Shown here in pieces: positions 61,213 through 64,000 of a stretch of DNA of 64,000 nt. Source of the stretch: Hahella sp. GTDB lineage: Bacteria; Pseudomonadota; Gammaproteobacteria; Pseudomonadales; Oleiphilaceae. The notes beneath the pieces are model-generated. The model worked only from the letters and a program-made list of their open reading frames with translations, made no database searches and was not told where the DNA came from. Where the stretch lies: positions 44,916-108,915 of the forward strand of contig JANQMN010000013.1 in NCBI GenBank assembly GCA_028280065.1, given 5' to 3'. Position numbers and translations under genes: made by a program. How positions within the stretch are numbered: position 1 is the first letter of the stretch; every line of letters starts with the position of its first letter.

Positions 61213-62427
61213 TTGGCATCGGTTGACGCACAGAGTCGTGTTCTGTCCGGAATGCGGCCCACGGGAAAACTTCATCTTGGTCACTATCACGGCGTTTTAA
61301 AGAATTGGGTTAAGTTACAGCACGAGTTTGAGTGCTTCTTTTTTATTGCCGATTGGCATGCCCTAACCACCCATTATGAAGATCCGCATGGAATAGAAAA
61401 TTCCGTTTGGGATATGGTGGTGGATTGGCTGGCAGCCGGAATCGATCCGGGATCAGCAACCCTTTTTATCCAATCCAAGGTCCCGGAACATGCGGAGTTG
61501 CATCTGTTGTTGTCAATGATCACGCCCCTGGGTTGGTTGGAGAGAGTGCCTACCTACAAGGATCAACAGGAGAAACTCAAAGAAAAGGATTTGGCGACCT
61601 ATGGTTTTCTGGGGTATCCGTTGCTGCAAAGTGCCGATATCCTGATGTACCGCGCCGGCCAAGTACCGGTCGGTGCTGATCAGGTTTCCCATATCGAAAT
61701 GACCCGTGAAGTCGCCCGGCGCTTTAACCACCTTTATGGCCGCGAACCGGGGTTTGAAGAGAATGCTCAGGCTGCCATGAAGAAGATGGGTAAAAAGGCA
61801 GCCAAGCTTTATCAAAAGATGCGTAAGAACTATCAGGAGCAGGGTGACGCAGAAGCGTTGGAAACTGCCCGTGCATTAATCGGCGATCAACAGAATATTT
61901 CCCTGGGAGATAAAGAGCGGCTATATGGCTACCTGGAAGGGAGCGGCAAGGTTATCCTCCCGGAACCACAGCCTTTACTTACTCCGGAAAGCAAAATGCC
62001 GGGCTTGGACGGCCAGAAAATGTCTAAATCGTACGGTAATACTATCAGTCTGCGTGAAGAGCCCGATGTCGTATCGGAAAAAATCCGTACCATGCAGACC
62101 GACCCCCAGCGGGTTCGTCGTACCGATCCCGGAGATCCGGCCAAATGTCCTGTTTGGCAATTACACGAAGTCTACTCCGACGAACAAACCATGGATTGGG
62201 TACAACAAGGTTGTAAGTCAGCCGGTATCGGTTGTATCGAATGTAAAAAACCAGTTGCCGACGCCATCATCGAAGAACAACGGCCAATCCGCGATCGCGC
62301 CTTGCGCTATGAAGACGATCCCGGTCTGGTGCGAAGCATTATCTATGATGGTTGTGATCAGGCTCGGGACGAAGCCAAGGCTACTCTGGATGAAGTTCGC
62401 AGCGCTATCGGGCTGGGCTTCAGATAG
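61213..62427 (+). CDS. trpS: tryptophan--tRNA ligase
   Basis: SGMRPTGKLHLGH (HIGH-like), YPLLQSADIL, VPVGADQ, KMSKS. Confidence 0.98.
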   Translation: MASVDAQSRVLSGMRPTGKLHLGHYHGVLKNWVKLQHEFECFFFIADWHALTTHYEDPHGIENSVWDMVVDWLAAGIDPGSATLFIQSKVPEHAELHLLLSMITPLGWLERVPTYKDQQEKLKEKDLATYGFLGYPLLQSADILMYRAGQVPVGADQVSHIEMTREVARRFNHLYGREPGFEENAQAAMKKMGKKAAKLYQKMRKNYQEQGDAEALETARALIGDQQNISLGDKERLYGYLEGSGKVILPEPQPLLTPESKMPGLDGQKMSKSYGNTISLREEPDVVSEKIRTMQTDPQRVRRTDPGDPAKCPVWQLHEVYSDEQTMDWVQQGCKSAGIGCIECKKPVADAIIEEQRPIRDRALRYEDDPGLVRSIIYDGCDQARDEAKATLDEVRSAIGLGFR

Positions 62428-62429
62428 AA

Positions 62430-63410
62430 ATGTCAGGCAAGGTGGATTCGGAACGGGCAAACGCTGGCGAGATTGCGACGGAAGAATCGGGTGGCGGGTC
62501 TGAGATAGAACAGACTGATTCGCTGAAGGATGGCCTGCCCCAGGACCGCCTGCCGCAACAACAAGAGTTGCCGTTGGCGGTGGTGGAAGGGAACCCGGTC
62601 ACCGAATTGCCTTCCGACCTCTATATTCCCCCGGATGCCCTGGAAGTGTTTTTAGAAACATTCGAAGGGCCGCTTGATCTGCTGCTGTATTTGATTCGGC
62701 GGCAGAATATGGACATTCTGCAGATTGACGTGTTTAGAATTACCCGCCAATACATGGAATATATCCGCATCATGAAAGATATGCGGTTTGAGCTGGCTGC
62801 CGAATACCTGGTGATGGCGGCAATGCTGGCGGAAATCAAATCGCGTTGTTTGCTGCCAAAGCGGGAATCGGATGACGAAGATGAAGAAGATCCCCGGGCC
62901 GAATTGATTCGACGCTTGCAGGAATATGAGCGCTTTAAGGAGGCCGCCGAACAGTTGGACGAACTGCCAAGAATGGAACGGGACATCTACTCGGCGGCCC
63001 CTGATATTCCTTTGATAGAACGCAGGAAACCTCAGCCTGATGTTAGTCTTGCCGAGATGTTGTTAGCGTTGAAAGAAGTGTTAAAGCGCTCTGAGATGTT
63101 TGAGCATCATCAGGTTTCCAGGGAAAAACTGTCTACCCGCGAACGAATGAGTCAAATCCTCGATACATTGGATGCCGAGGAGTTTACCGGTTTTACCCGG
63201 CTTTTCCACCCGGAAGAAGGGCGGTTAGGCGTTGTGGTGACTTTCTTAGCCGTATTGGAATTGGTGAAGGAAAGCTTGGTGGAAATTGTGCAAACAGATA
63301 ATTTTGGCGAGTTGCATGTCAGAGCCAGGGGTAAAGAGTTGCAGCAGGATTACCCTGTTAGCGGAACTGAGTCCACGGGAAAAAGCCAACCGACAACCCA
63401 GGCCGAGTAA
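62430..63410 (+). CDS. scpA: segregation and condensation protein A
   Basis: FEGPLDLLLYLIRRQ, AAEYLVMAA, FLAVLELVK. Confidence 0.96.
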   Translation: MSGKVDSERANAGEIATEESGGGSEIEQTDSLKDGLPQDRLPQQQELPLAVVEGNPVTELPSDLYIPPDALEVFLETFEGPLDLLLYLIRRQNMDILQIDVFRITRQYMEYIRIMKDMRFELAAEYLVMAAMLAEIKSRCLLPKRESDDEDEEDPRAELIRRLQEYERFKEAAEQLDELPRMERDIYSAAPDIPLIERRKPQPDVSLAEMLLALKEVLKRSEMFEHHQVSREKLSTRERMSQILDTLDAEEFTGFTRLFHPEEGRLGVVVTFLAVLELVKESLVEIVQTDNFGELHVRARGKELQQDYPVSGTESTGKSQPTTQAE

Positions 63411-63425
63411 TTTTTACGTCGAATT

Positions 63426-64000
63426 ATGCTGAGTTTGCAAGCCGTCATTGAAGCGATACTTTTCGCCAGCGACAAACCCTTAAATGTCGATAAGTTGTTT
63501 GTGCTATTGACTGAAAAACTGCTTAATCATCCCGAATTGGCTGATGGCTGTTCATGGGAGCTCAACGACAGGCAGCAAGTTAAGGAGGCGATCCTGGAGC
63601 TTCAGCAACAATACCGGCAAGGCGCTATTGAGTTGGCGGAAGTGGCGAGTGGTTATCGGTTTCAAATCAAACGGCAGTTCGGACCCTGGGCGGGACTTCT
63701 ACAGGAGGACCGTCCCCAGAAGTATTCCAGGGCATTGCTGGAAACCCTGTCGATCATTGCCTATCGCCAACCGATTACGAGAGGCGATATCGAAGATATC
63801 CGTGGCGTCGCCGTCAGTACTCAAATCATGAAGACGCTACAGGAGCGGGAGTGGGTTCGAATCGTCGGGCATAAAGATGTCCCGGGCAGACCGGCCCTCT
63901 ATGCTACAACCCGGCAATTCCTGGATTATTTCAATCTGAAAACTCTGGATCAATTACCGCCGCTGGCCGAAGTGCGAGATTTGGATGAAATAGCCCGTTC
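63426..64000 (+). CDS. scpB: segregation and condensation protein B (runs off the window end)
   Basis: My translation from the ATG at 63426: IEAILFASDKPL...ALLETLSIIAYRQPITRGDIEDIRGV...GRPALYATTRQFLDYF; absent from the ORF track because it has no stop in the window. Confidence 0.96.
   Translation, partial: MLSLQAVIEAILFASDKPLNVDKLFVLLTEKLLNHPELADGCSWELNDRQQVKEAILELQQQYRQGAIELAEVASGYRFQIKRQFGPWAGLLQEDRPQKYSRALLETLSIIAYRQPITRGDIEDIRGVAVSTQIMKTLQEREWVRIVGHKDVPGRPALYATTRQFLDYFNLKTLDQLPPLAEVRDLDEIAR

Overview
This is a 64-kb chromosomal window from a marine gammaproteobacterium; gene order and protein style resemble Oceanospirillales/Marinobacter relatives (inference). Most of it is core genome: dinB, aspC-uvrB, rmuC, pyrD-rmf-rlmKL, M18 aminopeptidase, uspE, topA, the gltA/sdhCDAB-sucAB-lpdA-sucCD cluster and trpS-scpA-scpB (scpB runs off the end). 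There are four tRNAs: Asn(GTT) twice, Pro(TGG) and Arg(CCT). Four parts are accessory or unusual. (1) A 264-bp MITE with 30-bp terminal inverted repeats and TA flanks lies between aspC and uvrB and is missing from the ORF track. (2) An AT-rich block (~11.0-16.0 kb) carries a large secreted S8 protease and a VSEP-type PEP-CTERM protein. (3) An AT-rich, decayed phage-derived island (~35.9-40.35 kb) abuts the 3' end of tRNA-Arg. It holds a broken Mor-like regulator, a cos-like sequence, an IS1380-type fragment, att-arm-like repeats and four intact cargo genes of unknown function, which are the best candidates for an undescribed system. (4) An arsS radical SAM + TIGR04283 + TIGR04282 cluster sits next to the same tRNA with no arsM in the window. 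I found no CRISPR array, rRNA, integrase or intact transposase. All family assignments come from motif recognition by eye, not from database searches.
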